Both the position numbers and the translations under genes were made by a program. Source: a virus. Taken from it: DNA of 64,000 bases. Of the stretch, positions 36,857 to 47,867 are shown one piece after another. The stretch covers positions 31,397 through 95,396 of the IMG/VR virus record IMGVR_UViG_3300030012_001663. One strand, written 5' to 3'. Each line of letters begins with the position of its first letter. The first letter of the stretch is position 1. The notes under the pieces are model-generated. The model did no database searches and was not told where the DNA came from. It was given only the letters and a program-made list of their open reading frames with translations.

Positions 36857-39622
36857 TTAACTAGTTACTATGTTTGTCATAATGTAATTGGCTGGAGACA
36901 TTCCAGCTTCTTTTGCCTCTTTATAATATACTCTATTAAGTCTGTCAAACACTTTTTCTGCTTCAGGGTAACTTTCTGATGTGTCAAATTCACCCATAAT
37001 AAAATCTTTGTAAATCTTAAACATATTAGATTCACCTCCTGCTTGATATAAATCTACTATAGGTGTATAATCTTTTGATTCTAATGCTTGCTTATATTGA
37101 ATATTGAACTCAGGATTCTTACCTAATATTTTTTCTATATAGTCCTTAGACTCTGGATTTATACCATTTAACCAATCAAGAGAATTATAAATATCATATT
37201 TTCCTTTTAATTTAGTAAGATTTTTAAGTGCTCCTGATGGACCTCTATTGTAAGCATACAAAGCTTTTGCTAGTTGTACTTCATCTGTACCTTTTGCAAC
37301 AAACGGTTTACTTTGTATATACTTCATATAAGCTTTTTGTGCTTCAACAGCTTGTTGTGGGTTAAAAATATCAAAGTCTTCATTTACAAAACCTAATCTT
37401 TGTAGTTCCTTTATAGTAGTAGGTGTAAATTGTGTTAGACCTTGTGCACCAGCTGGTGACTCTGCGCTAGGATTAAAAGAAGATTCTGCAAAAGCTTGTC
37501 TTCTTAACATATCATTTTGTTTTTCAATTATCTCTGCACCGTATTGACGTCTTCTTCTTTTTTTATTAGTTGTTTGAGGTATAATAACACGGGTATTAAG
37601 TGGCTCAGCTTGTATCTCATTAGGCACATTGAGATTTATTGTTTCTCCTTTTAGAGTAGATAGTGGTACAATCTCTTCTTTTGGAGCTTGCATGTATAAC
37701 TCTTTAAGATCATCTATTTGTTTTTGTATCTTAGGAGTTTGACCTACATATCTATAAAACTCATGTTGTTCTGAAAAGTCATCTCTATCATCTCCTGATT
37801 CTATATTAGGTCCTAATTCAAATTCATCTTTACCAAAATATAATCTACTACCACCTTGTGCATTATATACTTCTATGTATGGAGTACCATCATCATATTC
37901 TGCTTTTTTATTTAATATAGTAGTATGATGTGGTCTAAACACTCGTGGTGCATCAGACATAGTATATTCTAATGGAGCACTATTATATTGTATAGCTATA
38001 TCACCTGGCTCTGCATCTTCTACTGATACTTTTTCAAAAGGTACATTACCTGCTGTTTTATATCCAGAACCATAAGCTCCTTCTGTAAAAGTATAATTAC
38101 CACCTATAATGTCTACATCAGTTGCTCCTGCTTTTTGATATGGGAAACAACCAAAGGGTGTACAATACAATTCCCTACTAGGATCTTGTCCGCCTTTCCA
38201 TGTATCATCTTTATATGAATAAGATGCTACATTGTATTTACCTTGTTGTGGTAGTACATCTTTTACTTCTTGTGGCAAAGCTTCTCTTGCTGCTGCAAGT
38301 TCTTTAGGATTATTTGCATATGTATAATTTTCCCAAAGTTCTACAAGTTTCTGATCTTCTTTTGTTATAGGGTTATTTATTCTGTCAGCTATTTTACTAT
38401 CAGCTATATCTATCTCTTCACTAACTTGAGGTACTCTAGATCTTATATCATTAACTCTATTTTGCTCTTCTTCTAATTGCTTATAGAGCTGTAACATTTG
38501 TTCTCTTATTTGAGTTCTTGTTTGTTGTTCGCCACCTTCTTGCTCTTTAGGTAAATAATATCTATCATAAAACTCATAAGGTTTTATTACATTATTTAAT
38601 GCTCCTTTGAAATCATACTTATCATATATAGATATATACTTTTGTTTTTTATCTTCATCATATCCTACACTTACTTTAAAGTTTTGTAGAGGATCAATTT
38701 GTTCAAACTCTGTTTCATCCATAAATCCTTTCTTAAGAAATGGAGCAAGAGATTCAAAATATTGTACATGATCTACATCTTTACTACTAAGTTCTTTCAT
38801 TATCTTACTGTAGTCAATAACATCATCATGCAACTTGTAATATTTAGCATCTGGATCTTCTGCACTTGAAGGCTTGTATTGTTCTTGAGGAATAATATAT
38901 TTATCCTTTGTAGACACACCTAAAGACTTAGCCCAAGCTTCATCACCTATTTGATAATCTCCATCACTATCCAAAGCAGGTGGTGTAGTAGTATCAAAAC
39001 CAGCTTTCTTAAGTAATAAATTAGTAGCTGTAGTTGTCATTGTAGTAAATGTTGGATAACTTAAAGGTCTGACGTTGTCAAATATAAACTGTCTGTCTTC
39101 TTGTGTTATCTCAGGTTTTACCATATTATATATATCATCAGTTTTTTCTGTAATAAAATCTGATGTTGCATCTGCAGCAGCTGCTAATTTTTTTAGTAAT
39201 GGAAAAGCAATTTTGTCATCAAGATCATTTCCACCTCTTTGTTTTATAGGTAGTTCTAAACCATCCTCTGCTTTTTCACAACTACCTTTACTGTACGCCA
39301 TCTTACCTGACACAGGTTTATATCCTGGCCAACACCTGCCCCCATCTGCCATCATAGGTAGTTCTACAACCATATCACCAGGAAATGTGTATTGTGCACC
39401 TGGCATCATTACTTGAGAATTACCTAAGTTATCAGTTCCTAATATAGGAAACTCAACATCTTTCATACTAATATTACTTGAGGGAATGACATTAAATGTA
39501 TTATCCTTGTCAGGACTATTAATCTTATATCCCTCAACAGAAATTGCACCAGTAATCTCTGTGATCTCCTCATTAGGTCCACCTGGTAATCCTCTTGATA
39601 TTGTCTTTTTAAACTTCTTCAT
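36857..39622 (-). CDS. Virion-associated peptidoglycan hydrolase (SLT domain plus putative CHAP/NlpC-P60-like domain)
   Basis: AESSFNPSAESPAGAQGLTQF...AYNRG...ESKDYIEKI (SLT motifs). YCT...EPGDIAI...HHTTI (Cys-His hydrolase-like). Confidence 0.8.
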   Translation of the reverse strand: MKKFKKTISRGLPGGPNEEITEITGAISVEGYKINSPDKDNTFNVIPSSNISMKDVEFPILGTDNLGNSQVMMPGAQYTFPGDMVVELPMMADGGRCWPGYKPVSGKMAYSKGSCEKAEDGLELPIKQRGGNDLDDKIAFPLLKKLAAAADATSDFITEKTDDIYNMVKPEITQEDRQFIFDNVRPLSYPTFTTMTTTATNLLLKKAGFDTTTPPALDSDGDYQIGDEAWAKSLGVSTKDKYIIPQEQYKPSSAEDPDAKYYKLHDDVIDYSKIMKELSSKDVDHVQYFESLAPFLKKGFMDETEFEQIDPLQNFKVSVGYDEDKKQKYISIYDKYDFKGALNNVIKPYEFYDRYYLPKEQEGGEQQTRTQIREQMLQLYKQLEEEQNRVNDIRSRVPQVSEEIDIADSKIADRINNPITKEDQKLVELWENYTYANNPKELAAAREALPQEVKDVLPQQGKYNVASYSYKDDTWKGGQDPSRELYCTPFGCFPYQKAGATDVDIIGGNYTFTEGAYGSGYKTAGNVPFEKVSVEDAEPGDIAIQYNSAPLEYTMSDAPRVFRPHHTTILNKKAEYDDGTPYIEVYNAQGGSRLYFGKDEFELGPNIESGDDRDDFSEQHEFYRYVGQTPKIQKQIDDLKELYMQAPKEEIVPLSTLKGETINLNVPNEIQAEPLNTRVIIPQTTNKKRRRRQYGAEIIEKQNDMLRRQAFAESSFNPSAESPAGAQGLTQFTPTTIKELQRLGFVNEDFDIFNPQQAVEAQKAYMKYIQSKPFVAKGTDEVQLAKALYAYNRGPSGALKNLTKLKGKYDIYNSLDWLNGINPESKDYIEKILGKNPEFNIQYKQALESKDYTPIVDLYQAGGESNMFKIYKDFIMGEFDTSESYPEAEKVFDRLNRVYYKEAKEAGMSPANYIMTNIVTS

Positions 39623-42600
39623 TATCTGTATGACAACTGTAATTTAGTATTGTGTAATCTTAATAACATTTTTCTTCTCTCAGATCTGTTTCTTCTTAGT
39701 AATACTTTGTTATAGTAATGTCTAAGTTTTTTTCTTTGCGTCTCAGCTTTGTTATAATCTAAGTTATTTGCATTAAGATCTTTTATATATCCGTTTAACC
39801 TTGTCACAAATATTGGTTGCTCAAAGTTGCTAAACTCTCCTCTATCTCTTGTAATATCCCAAAACTGATTAAATCTATACTTCTGTTCCTCCTTAGAGTA
39901 AAGAATATCTATATCATTAGCATTGATAATAGGATACTGTAAAGCATCTATAGGTTGTTCTTTAGGTGTAATATTTAGTTTTAATAAACCTGATACCTGC
40001 TCACTATTGTATAATATAGCTTCATCAAAATTAAAATCTAAGTCATGCCATCTATCATCATTACATGCATCATGGTCCTTACCTTTGTATACATAAGACT
40101 CTAAATGATATTCAACACTCCTAATAGTATTTACAGCTTGACCTGTTTGTTGTATCAATTCTATCTCCCAAGGATAATCAACACCATAAAAGTTAGAATA
40201 TAAATCACATCTATAGTTATGTCTCCATAATCCTGATTCTACATTACTTGGAGTAGTTGTTTCTAATCCAAAGTAGTTACACATCTTTGGAGTTGGGTTT
40301 ATGTAAGTACTACTACCAACTAAGAATGTATCAGGACAAGTTCCTGACTCAGTTGTTGTTCCTGATGGGAATGGAGAAGGTGGACATTCACATTCTACCT
40401 TTCTACATATAGGTGGGTTTTCATTATCACATGTTCCATTTGGTAATACATACTCTCCACCAACACCATTTGGATAAACTAAAGTATATCCTGGAGGACA
40501 TTCACATTCATAGTCTGTACCACAAGCTGCACTTGTTACAGCATTAGCAACAGCACTTGGAGAATTAGGTCCAGTTGTTTGATTAGCTGCTATTGTAAAT
40601 TGATTAGCTGAAACATTACAAGTAACAGCATCTAAAATACCCTGACCACCAGCTGGAGGAGTTGGATTTGTTGGATCACAAAATACTCCTATTACTTCAT
40701 ATCCTGCTTGATTCTGATATTGACATCCCACTGGATTACCACCTGGTCCAGCAGTTGCCGGGCCACATATAGTATTATTACCATCAGTCATTAAAATTAA
40801 AACATTTCTAAAACTTGGTAGTGCTGATCTATCACCTAACTGTGAAGTAGCTTTATTAGATAATATATTTGCACCACCATTTAACCCAGCACATACGTTT
40901 GTTCCTCCAGTAGAACCTGCTGCATAATATGTTTGAACTTGTGCCGGAGTTACAGTATTACTCATACTAAATCCGTTAGGATTCATTGAACTTACTTGAG
41001 TAGCATTCCATCTTGTAAATCCTATTTGTATATCACCTGAAGCCATTTGAGCTGATATATTGGGATCATTTAAAAAAGCTTGTACAAAAGCTCTTTGTGC
41101 ATCAATTCTAAATGGTGGACCAGGAGGATCATCTGTACTACCTGAAACATCCATAGCAATAACAATATCAACTAAACAATTTTCAGGTCCACCTGTTATT
41201 GTTGCAGCTACCTCATCTACATTAACTGGAGCCGGTTCAAAAATGTTTTGTCCTCTTTCACATAGTCCTGTTGTAGAATTATAAACATAACCATCTGGAC
41301 ATATAGGTGTGTCTGACTCAGCTGTTTTTGTTGTAAGGAAATGATTTATACTGTGTAAATGCATTTCTGGATGCCAGTCATGGAATGATATCCATGATTT
41401 AATTTTAGGATCATATGATACTGTCCAAGAACAATCTTCAAAGTATGTAGGATCTCCTATCTCTACATCTATAACTATACCTGCAGGTGTAGTAAACTTT
41501 ACTTGAGATTTTTCATAGTCAAAAGACATTTCACCAGCAATCTTCTTTTTAACTCTGTAGTCTTTCTTACAGAAGTATACTATGTCATCATTAGCGTCAT
41601 ATATAGTTTGACAACCAACACCTGCAACTGGGTTGTCTGCTAATGGATGACCTTCTAACTCTGGTAAATCTTTTATTAATTGACATGGTAAGTATTTGTT
41701 AAACCACCATTTCATTCCTGCATCAGCTATATTAACAAGACCTCTACCAGTATATTGGAATATTTTACCTTGTTGTTGAGACATAAAGAATAAACCTGTT
41801 GGTGTATTTACAATACTTCTCAAACTTTCTACAGATCCATATTCATGTGATACATCTGAATTAGTTATATTTTGTGGTTCTCTATTAAACAAACCTCCGT
41901 CACCAACTGTTACTTTATTTCCAAGGTCTGTTTGTAATGTATCAACACCTTGGAACATTTGTGGAGACTGATAAGGGAAGAATATAACAGCACCTGTCTT
42001 ATTCATAGGTTTAATAGCGCTTACAGTGCTTTTAAAGTCCTTATAATTATTTGGTAAGAATACCCTCCAGAAATCTTTTTTAGCTTCTTGTTGAGCTCTT
42101 AATGAATATATTAATCTTTTTGGATAATAGTCATGACATGCATCAGCAATAAGCGGATCATAATCTCTAGGTTGAATATTACCTGCGCTAATAAGATTCA
42201 TCTGAAATCTACTATTACTCAGAGAGTAGTCATATCTATAGAAGTTATCTTCTTTAATTATGTCTGCATGTAATAATCCATTTATATCATTGTCATTATA
42301 TATATCAAATACTCTTTCCTCTGATTTTGCACCATAATCTCTATACGCTAAGTTTATTTCTGATTCAACAAAGAAGTCAGATATACCATTAATATGCGTA
42401 TAGATATATGCATACTTCATTACAAATGTAGGACCATCACTGCCTCCAAATAAATCACTTAGAGCACTAGTAAAGTTTCTTCTATCCAAGTAGTATAAAT
42501 CATCAGGAAAAGCTTGATCAGTAGAACTTAAACCTAAACTTATAATCTCTTGTGCTAACTGACCTGTATCATACCTTTCAGATGATAACCAGTATCTTGG

Positions 42601-45600
42601 ATAAGGTATATTAGTATAGTTTCTATAATCAAAATTAAATTCATCAGGTTGACCATTTAAGAAATCTGTAAATATTGGCATTATACATTTTTCTGTATAT
42701 CTTCCAATATAAGTGTCACCTGCAAGAATTGGTTCTGTAGAATATTTTGTTGAGGCCGGTAATGTTGGATCAATGTAATTAACACATCCTCTCATTTGCA
42801 CTTGCTTTATACCATCAAGTTGACCATATTGATTTTCAAAATTAAATTTAAGAGCACCATAAAAAGCTGATATATTTCTTTTAACTTTAGTTTCTGGTTT
42901 TTTATATCTTGAAGGTGTAGCGTTATCAATATCTCCACCAATAGCAAATCTTGATTTATCAGTTACAGTAGGATCTGTAAATTCGTTTTCTGTAGATACA
43001 ACTACAGTTTTAGGTCTAAATAAATTATTAATTTTATATTTAGAAGAATCAAAATTTTGGAATGAAGAACCTAAGTAATTAGAATCTTCATTTTTACTTC
43101 TAAATCTACTACCATTGGGTAATGTTTTAAACTTGTTCAAGAAACCATAACTGTTCATCTTCATAGCATACTCTTGAACTTTAACAATATTATATAAAAG
43201 TTCTATCATTTCATTAGCACCAACAGCAATATTATTTTTAGCCATTATCATACCAACACCTGTTAGTAGTTGTATTGTTGTTGGCACTGCACCAGCTGGA
43301 TTATCTATAGCAAATCCTTGTCTAAATTTTCCAGAATCTACACCAGGAACTGCAGAAGCAGCAACGTTTGTTGCCCGTTGTCCTTGTAAACCAAGTTGAG
43401 TACCAAATGCACCGGTACCATAAAGTGATCCTAAACTAGTTAAATCCTGTAAAAGAGTTTGTAAAGCAGCACTAGCAAGACCAGCTCCACCAGCAGCAAG
43501 AGCACCAGCACCCGAAGATGCTAGAGTATTTAAGTAACCATCACTAAGTAGATTTGCAACAGGAAATGGAAGACTTCCTCCACTTCCAACCGCAAGGGCA
43601 AAATCACTTGCTCTAATAGCGCTTATATGATTACTAGCTCCCTCTAATGAATAGTTTTCATTACCTCTTACTGCACCAATAGCGTATCCTACACCTATTA
43701 TACCTGAAATTGTAGCAGCTGCGTTTTTGAGTAATTTAAATCTTGGATGTTTTTCAGAATGTCTAAAACTTCCTGTCATTGCCCCATGAATCTCACCATA
43801 AAATCTAGTTTCATAAGCATTTAGAAATGGTTTTCTAAAATTTAAATCTGGTGAGTGAAATGTAAATACATCTTTTGTATAACCACTTAGGGAGTCATGC
43901 CTTGATTTTGTTGACCCATATGTACTATTGCCTTCAGCATGTTCATTAGAATCTATGTGAAACCAGTCATCTCTTAAATCATTAAAAGGATAGTTAGGAT
44001 ATAAACCTTGAGTATTTGCATTGATAAGATCATCTGCATCAGGTATATTATACTTACGCATATTCTTAAACATACCTTTAGCTAAAATAGATTTAGCTCC
44101 TTCTCTTGATCCTCTTAGTATTTCATATCCTACAATATTTTCTATATATAAATTTTTATTGTCTTTTGGTCTTTCTATATTACTAAACTCTACCCCTAAT
44201 ATTCTAATTGATGTACCATCATTGTTTGTAAGTTTTAAATTAGGGTGTAGTTCTTCAGTTGGCATCTTATGGTGTCTTATTGGTAAACCACATAAGTTAC
44301 CCCATATGTCTGGCCTTGTTGCTGGATATCTTTCTGTTGATTCCCAGTATCCCATCTCACCTCTGGCAAGTATTATACCTCCGTCAGTATCTGGTGTATT
44401 TATACTAGTTTGAGTTGTTGTAGCTGTATTAAATACTTGGAAACCATACTCTTCACTACTCAAAGCGTTTTGTCCTCCAAACACAGCTGTCTCATTAACT
44501 ATACTTCCTGTTTGAGTTGTACCATTTGTTTTTGGTGCTCTACCAGGAATATGATATGAAGAAGATCTTTCTCCTGTATTATATATCCATCTAATAAAAA
44601 AAGCGTACTGTTCATCACGCATGAAACCAACTTGATTACCACCTTTGCTGTAGTAAGCTGCAGGATACTCTTTAACAACCCAGTTAGTTACAATATTATT
44701 TGCAATAGGTTGATAGTTGAAATCAAATTGTGTAGTTGGTCCTTTTCTTATCAAGTAATCATTTACAACATACATTGCATCTGACTTCTCATAAGCTGGA
44801 GTTCTGAGCGGTATAAACTCAACAGGAACAGAAAGTAAACTTGGATCTATAAAGTCTATCCCTATGCTGCTTTGTTGTGTACTGTATATACCAAGTTTTT
44901 TTGCAACAAGATTATTCTGATTATTACTGAGTATAACTAATTCATAATATTCAAACTGATCTATATCAAGGTTTGTAATTTTAATATCTAGTGCACCACC
45001 TGTACCAGCGTGTTCCCACAAAGATTGCTGGTTAGAAACACCTATGTAATCTGTAACTCTTTGCTCATTAACTACATAAGCAATGTAAGCTTGATACATA
45101 CCATTTCTTAACTGACCACCATCTTCTGACTTTTTTAAAGAAACGCATGGTGTAGAAAGTAGTGGTGCTAGTCTAAGCTTTTCACAATCTAATTCATTAA
45201 GATCTGTAAATTCAATACAATCATCAGATGGGTTAGATGTTATCTCTCTTTTATATGGTATATCATCTAAATTTAATGTTCTAGAAGGATTTAAACCGTC
45301 ATCCCAGTATACCTGCCAAGAACAGTCATAATTTTCTTTTGCTGCTCCTACAATAAGATGAGAGGTTTTAAAACCTAAGCAAGGATCATTTACTAAAGGT
45401 TTATATTCACATTTACTATCATCAAATAATCCTATCTCTGAGTTTACATTGTCTGTAGCATATAACACCCATTCATCACCATATGTATGAATAGCACCTA
45501 TAATTGTATAAGGAACAGAAGCACACTCTAAATTAGCTGGCTCATTACCTATAACAGATAAATCACCATCATTACTATGGTTCATAGCATTCCTAGCGTG

Positions 45601-45714
45601 TGACCAATTAGTACTTGGTTGCACGGAACCATGTATGTCTTTTATCATTCCTTTATTAAAGGAATTTGTAGACACATTTGAAGTATTTTGTTTAGGTGCC
45701 TTCTTCTTTGCCAT
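39622..45714 (-). CDS. Tail stabilisation/muzzle protein with an inserted vWA domain and Cys-rich segments
   Basis: 2030 aa, after the ring genes. NSFNKGMIKD N-terminus; WTVSYDP...WISFHDWHP; insert IAMDVSGS...LMTDG. Confidence 0.8.
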   Translation of the reverse strand: MAKKKAPKQNTSNVSTNSFNKGMIKDIHGSVQPSTNWSHARNAMNHSNDGDLSVIGNEPANLECASVPYTIIGAIHTYGDEWVLYATDNVNSEIGLFDDSKCEYKPLVNDPCLGFKTSHLIVGAAKENYDCSWQVYWDDGLNPSRTLNLDDIPYKREITSNPSDDCIEFTDLNELDCEKLRLAPLLSTPCVSLKKSEDGGQLRNGMYQAYIAYVVNEQRVTDYIGVSNQQSLWEHAGTGGALDIKITNLDIDQFEYYELVILSNNQNNLVAKKLGIYSTQQSSIGIDFIDPSLLSVPVEFIPLRTPAYEKSDAMYVVNDYLIRKGPTTQFDFNYQPIANNIVTNWVVKEYPAAYYSKGGNQVGFMRDEQYAFFIRWIYNTGERSSSYHIPGRAPKTNGTTQTGSIVNETAVFGGQNALSSEEYGFQVFNTATTTQTSINTPDTDGGIILARGEMGYWESTERYPATRPDIWGNLCGLPIRHHKMPTEELHPNLKLTNNDGTSIRILGVEFSNIERPKDNKNLYIENIVGYEILRGSREGAKSILAKGMFKNMRKYNIPDADDLINANTQGLYPNYPFNDLRDDWFHIDSNEHAEGNSTYGSTKSRHDSLSGYTKDVFTFHSPDLNFRKPFLNAYETRFYGEIHGAMTGSFRHSEKHPRFKLLKNAAATISGIIGVGYAIGAVRGNENYSLEGASNHISAIRASDFALAVGSGGSLPFPVANLLSDGYLNTLASSGAGALAAGGAGLASAALQTLLQDLTSLGSLYGTGAFGTQLGLQGQRATNVAASAVPGVDSGKFRQGFAIDNPAGAVPTTIQLLTGVGMIMAKNNIAVGANEMIELLYNIVKVQEYAMKMNSYGFLNKFKTLPNGSRFRSKNEDSNYLGSSFQNFDSSKYKINNLFRPKTVVVSTENEFTDPTVTDKSRFAIGGDIDNATPSRYKKPETKVKRNISAFYGALKFNFENQYGQLDGIKQVQMRGCVNYIDPTLPASTKYSTEPILAGDTYIGRYTEKCIMPIFTDFLNGQPDEFNFDYRNYTNIPYPRYWLSSERYDTGQLAQEIISLGLSSTDQAFPDDLYYLDRRNFTSALSDLFGGSDGPTFVMKYAYIYTHINGISDFFVESEINLAYRDYGAKSEERVFDIYNDNDINGLLHADIIKEDNFYRYDYSLSNSRFQMNLISAGNIQPRDYDPLIADACHDYYPKRLIYSLRAQQEAKKDFWRVFLPNNYKDFKSTVSAIKPMNKTGAVIFFPYQSPQMFQGVDTLQTDLGNKVTVGDGGLFNREPQNITNSDVSHEYGSVESLRSIVNTPTGLFFMSQQQGKIFQYTGRGLVNIADAGMKWWFNKYLPCQLIKDLPELEGHPLADNPVAGVGCQTIYDANDDIVYFCKKDYRVKKKIAGEMSFDYEKSQVKFTTPAGIVIDVEIGDPTYFEDCSWTVSYDPKIKSWISFHDWHPEMHLHSINHFLTTKTAESDTPICPDGYVYNSTTGLCERGQNIFEPAPVNVDEVAATITGGPENCLVDIVIAMDVSGSTDDPPGPPFRIDAQRAFVQAFLNDPNISAQMASGDIQIGFTRWNATQVSSMNPNGFSMSNTVTPAQVQTYYAAGSTGGTNVCAGLNGGANILSNKATSQLGDRSALPSFRNVLILMTDGNNTICGPATAGPGGNPVGCQYQNQAGYEVIGVFCDPTNPTPPAGGQGILDAVTCNVSANQFTIAANQTTGPNSPSAVANAVTSAACGTDYECECPPGYTLVYPNGVGGEYVLPNGTCDNENPPICRKVECECPPSPFPSGTTTESGTCPDTFLVGSSTYINPTPKMCNYFGLETTTPSNVESGLWRHNYRCDLYSNFYGVDYPWEIELIQQTGQAVNTIRSVEYHLESYVYKGKDHDACNDDRWHDLDFNFDEAILYNSEQVSGLLKLNITPKEQPIDALQYPIINANDIDILYSKEEQKYRFNQFWDITRDRGEFSNFEQPIFVTRLNGYIKDLNANNLDYNKAETQRKKLRHYYNKVLLRRNRSERRKMLLRLHNTKLQLSYR

Positions 45715-45728
45715 AGCGTTTTAGTGTC

Positions 45729-46604
45729 TTAGCTTTTAAACATGTTGTAGTAGTTGCTATATTGAGCTCTTCTATTTAACCACCACACCTTTTCCAACTC
45801 AGCAAAGTCAGGAGTATTTACAAATGTCAACGCATTATTTCTTGATGCTCTTAATCTTTGCTCAATCAAACCTAATTGCTGAGAAACATTTTCTCCAGCA
45901 AATAACATATTTTCAAGTATTCTTTGTTTCAAAGCATACTCATAATATTCATTACAATAAGGTTGGTCTAGTACAAGAAGGTTGCCACCAGCATCTTCCA
46001 TAGCTCCTTGATAGCTAATATATACCTTACCTGTCTCAAAAGAAGTAAGAACAAAATTATCTTTTATCTCTGCTATATCTGATGCCTGTGCTCCTACATC
46101 AACACATGTACCACATACTTTATCATTAATATTTTTTATTCTAAGAGGAGTAAATGCTGTAAATGTTCTGTACTTACTATCTCCTACCCTTTGAATCAAC
46201 TGATAACCTTTGCCATCATCACATGTTTTTATAACGCATGTATCTTCACATGTATCATCTGTGCTGCAAGGTTCAGTTTCTCCAGGAGCTGGTACATATG
46301 GAACGTCATTAAATGTTTCCACTGTAGTTCCTCCTGGCATTCTATCTAGTATAGTATACTCACCACATTTAAAAATATAATTGAGATAAGCAAAATCATT
46401 TGGCAGTTTAGCTTTACAATGTTCTATATCTAGTACAATTTCTTTAGTTCTGTGTATACGTAGACCTAAGTCATAATTTACACGTGTAGCAACTTTAATT
46501 AACTGCTGAGGTTCTATCATACCTTCCAAAGCATATGTAGAAAAATCAACCATTACATCTTCTAATAGTTGATCAAAGGTTCTAAATTTATGTGATAGTG
46601 CCAT
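45729..46604 (-). CDS. Tail ring/tubular protein
   Basis: 291 aa. LDIEHCKAKLPNDF and TSFETGKVYISY motifs; immediately before the muzzle gene. Confidence 0.7.
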   Translation of the reverse strand: MALSHKFRTFDQLLEDVMVDFSTYALEGMIEPQQLIKVATRVNYDLGLRIHRTKEIVLDIEHCKAKLPNDFAYLNYIFKCGEYTILDRMPGGTTVETFNDVPYVPAPGETEPCSTDDTCEDTCVIKTCDDGKGYQLIQRVGDSKYRTFTAFTPLRIKNINDKVCGTCVDVGAQASDIAEIKDNFVLTSFETGKVYISYQGAMEDAGGNLLVLDQPYCNEYYEYALKQRILENMLFAGENVSQQLGLIEQRLRASRNNALTFVNTPDFAELEKVWWLNRRAQYSNYYNMFKS

Positions 46605-46606
46605 CT

Positions 46607-47278
46607 TTATCTATTTAAGTTACGTTTGTCATCTTTGTTATCTTCTGGGATTTGTTTTGTACCCATCATAGATGCTATCACTTGCTGTTCTATTTCAGGA
46701 AATAATGCTTCAGGAATATAAATTTCTTGCTTATATCTTGGTATACAATCATCTGTTGTCTCACAAGTATATGCAGATACATCATCATTAAATACTCCTT
46801 CTATCTTTATTGCATCCCAATCTATATTAGGTGAATAGATATAACCATCTAAGTACCAAAAATATTTTTTCTTATTATACCTGAATGAAGTGGTTTTAGT
46901 CATTGATGTATATGTACCAGGTTGAGTTGGTTGTAATTCAAAAGAACCATCAATAGAACTTACTGTTCTAATAAGTGGTCCCCAATAACCTTCTATCATT
47001 TCTGGTAGTCTATCTTTTGTACGTTTAAATGTACAACCGCTTTCAATTCCTGAGCAGGATGCTTCTACTTTATCTACCTCAATCATTTCTACAAAAGGTA
47101 GAGCTTTCCATACAGCATTAAATTTCATTAGCTTATTGGCATAATCTTGACGTCTCATCAATAATTGAGCACTTTTGATTATTAAGCTATAAACATATCT
47201 ATCAGTAACAAAGGCATCTTGAACACCAACTTTAACCTGACCTCTGATCCTTGATATAACTTCTGCTATTGTTGCCAT
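46607..47278 (-). CDS. Tail ring/adaptor protein
   Basis: 223 aa. TIAEVISRIR N-terminal helix, YFWYLDGYIY, EGVF. crAss-like synteny. Confidence 0.65.
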   Translation of the reverse strand: MATIAEVISRIRGQVKVGVQDAFVTDRYVYSLIIKSAQLLMRRQDYANKLMKFNAVWKALPFVEMIEVDKVEASCSGIESGCTFKRTKDRLPEMIEGYWGPLIRTVSSIDGSFELQPTQPGTYTSMTKTTSFRYNKKKYFWYLDGYIYSPNIDWDAIKIEGVFNDDVSAYTCETTDDCIPRYKQEIYIPEALFPEIEQQVIASMMGTKQIPEDNKDDKRNLNR

Positions 47279-47281
47279 AAT

Positions 47282-47845
47282 TTATATTTCAAATTCATTA
47301 TAATCTTTTAGTTCTTTGTTGATGTTCTCTTTAGGTTCATATAGATATGCAACTCTGTATTTATCTTTCATTACTGAATACTTTGTCCAATTCTTTGGAT
47401 ATTCCTTTGCAACATTTCTTTTAAACTCTCTACAAGCAACAAACCCCCATAATCCTCTATTCTTGAATCTATATTTAGTTGTATAGTTTGTATAGAATAT
47501 TTTAGCCATTTTACCATCTGTCTCCCAGTTTTTGTTTTGTATAACTTTACCATACTGTGCAGATACCTGATAGTTAGTATTAACTACCTTACCTGCAGGG
47601 CAAGTTCCTATAAACAAGAACCCAAGAGAATCCGGTAACTCAACTCCATCTCTATACTCTATGACACCTTTCCATAGTTTTTCATTGTACAGTTGAATTA
47701 TTTTTTTTAACTTTGAATCATCAATGTTAGAATACAAAGGTTTTTTATCTTTAAATTCTTTAATTGTTTCTTTATTTAATAGACCTAATCTTTTTTCTCT
47801 ATATCTTGGAGCCTTCAGATCAGGTTTTTTAAAATTATTGATCAT
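47282..47845 (-). CDS. IHF/HU-like protein of the crAss-like tail module
   Basis: Basic 187 aa. Helix followed by DGVELPDSLGFLFI, matching the HU-type VxLxxxGxF pattern. Conserved position. Confidence 0.6.
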   Translation of the reverse strand: MINNFKKPDLKAPRYREKRLGLLNKETIKEFKDKKPLYSNIDDSKLKKIIQLYNEKLWKGVIEYRDGVELPDSLGFLFIGTCPAGKVVNTNYQVSAQYGKVIQNKNWETDGKMAKIFYTNYTTKYRFKNRGLWGFVACREFKRNVAKEYPKNWTKYSVMKDKYRVAYLYEPKENINKELKDYNEFEI

Positions 47846-47855
47846 AGTTACACTT

Positions 47856-47867
47856 ATAATTTACAAA
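47856..47867 (-). promoter_or_regulatory. Promoter-like motif variant TTTGTAAATTAT
   Basis: One mismatch to the 12-mer; fused to the terminator U-tract; 10 nt before the ATG at 47845. Confidence 0.45.
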
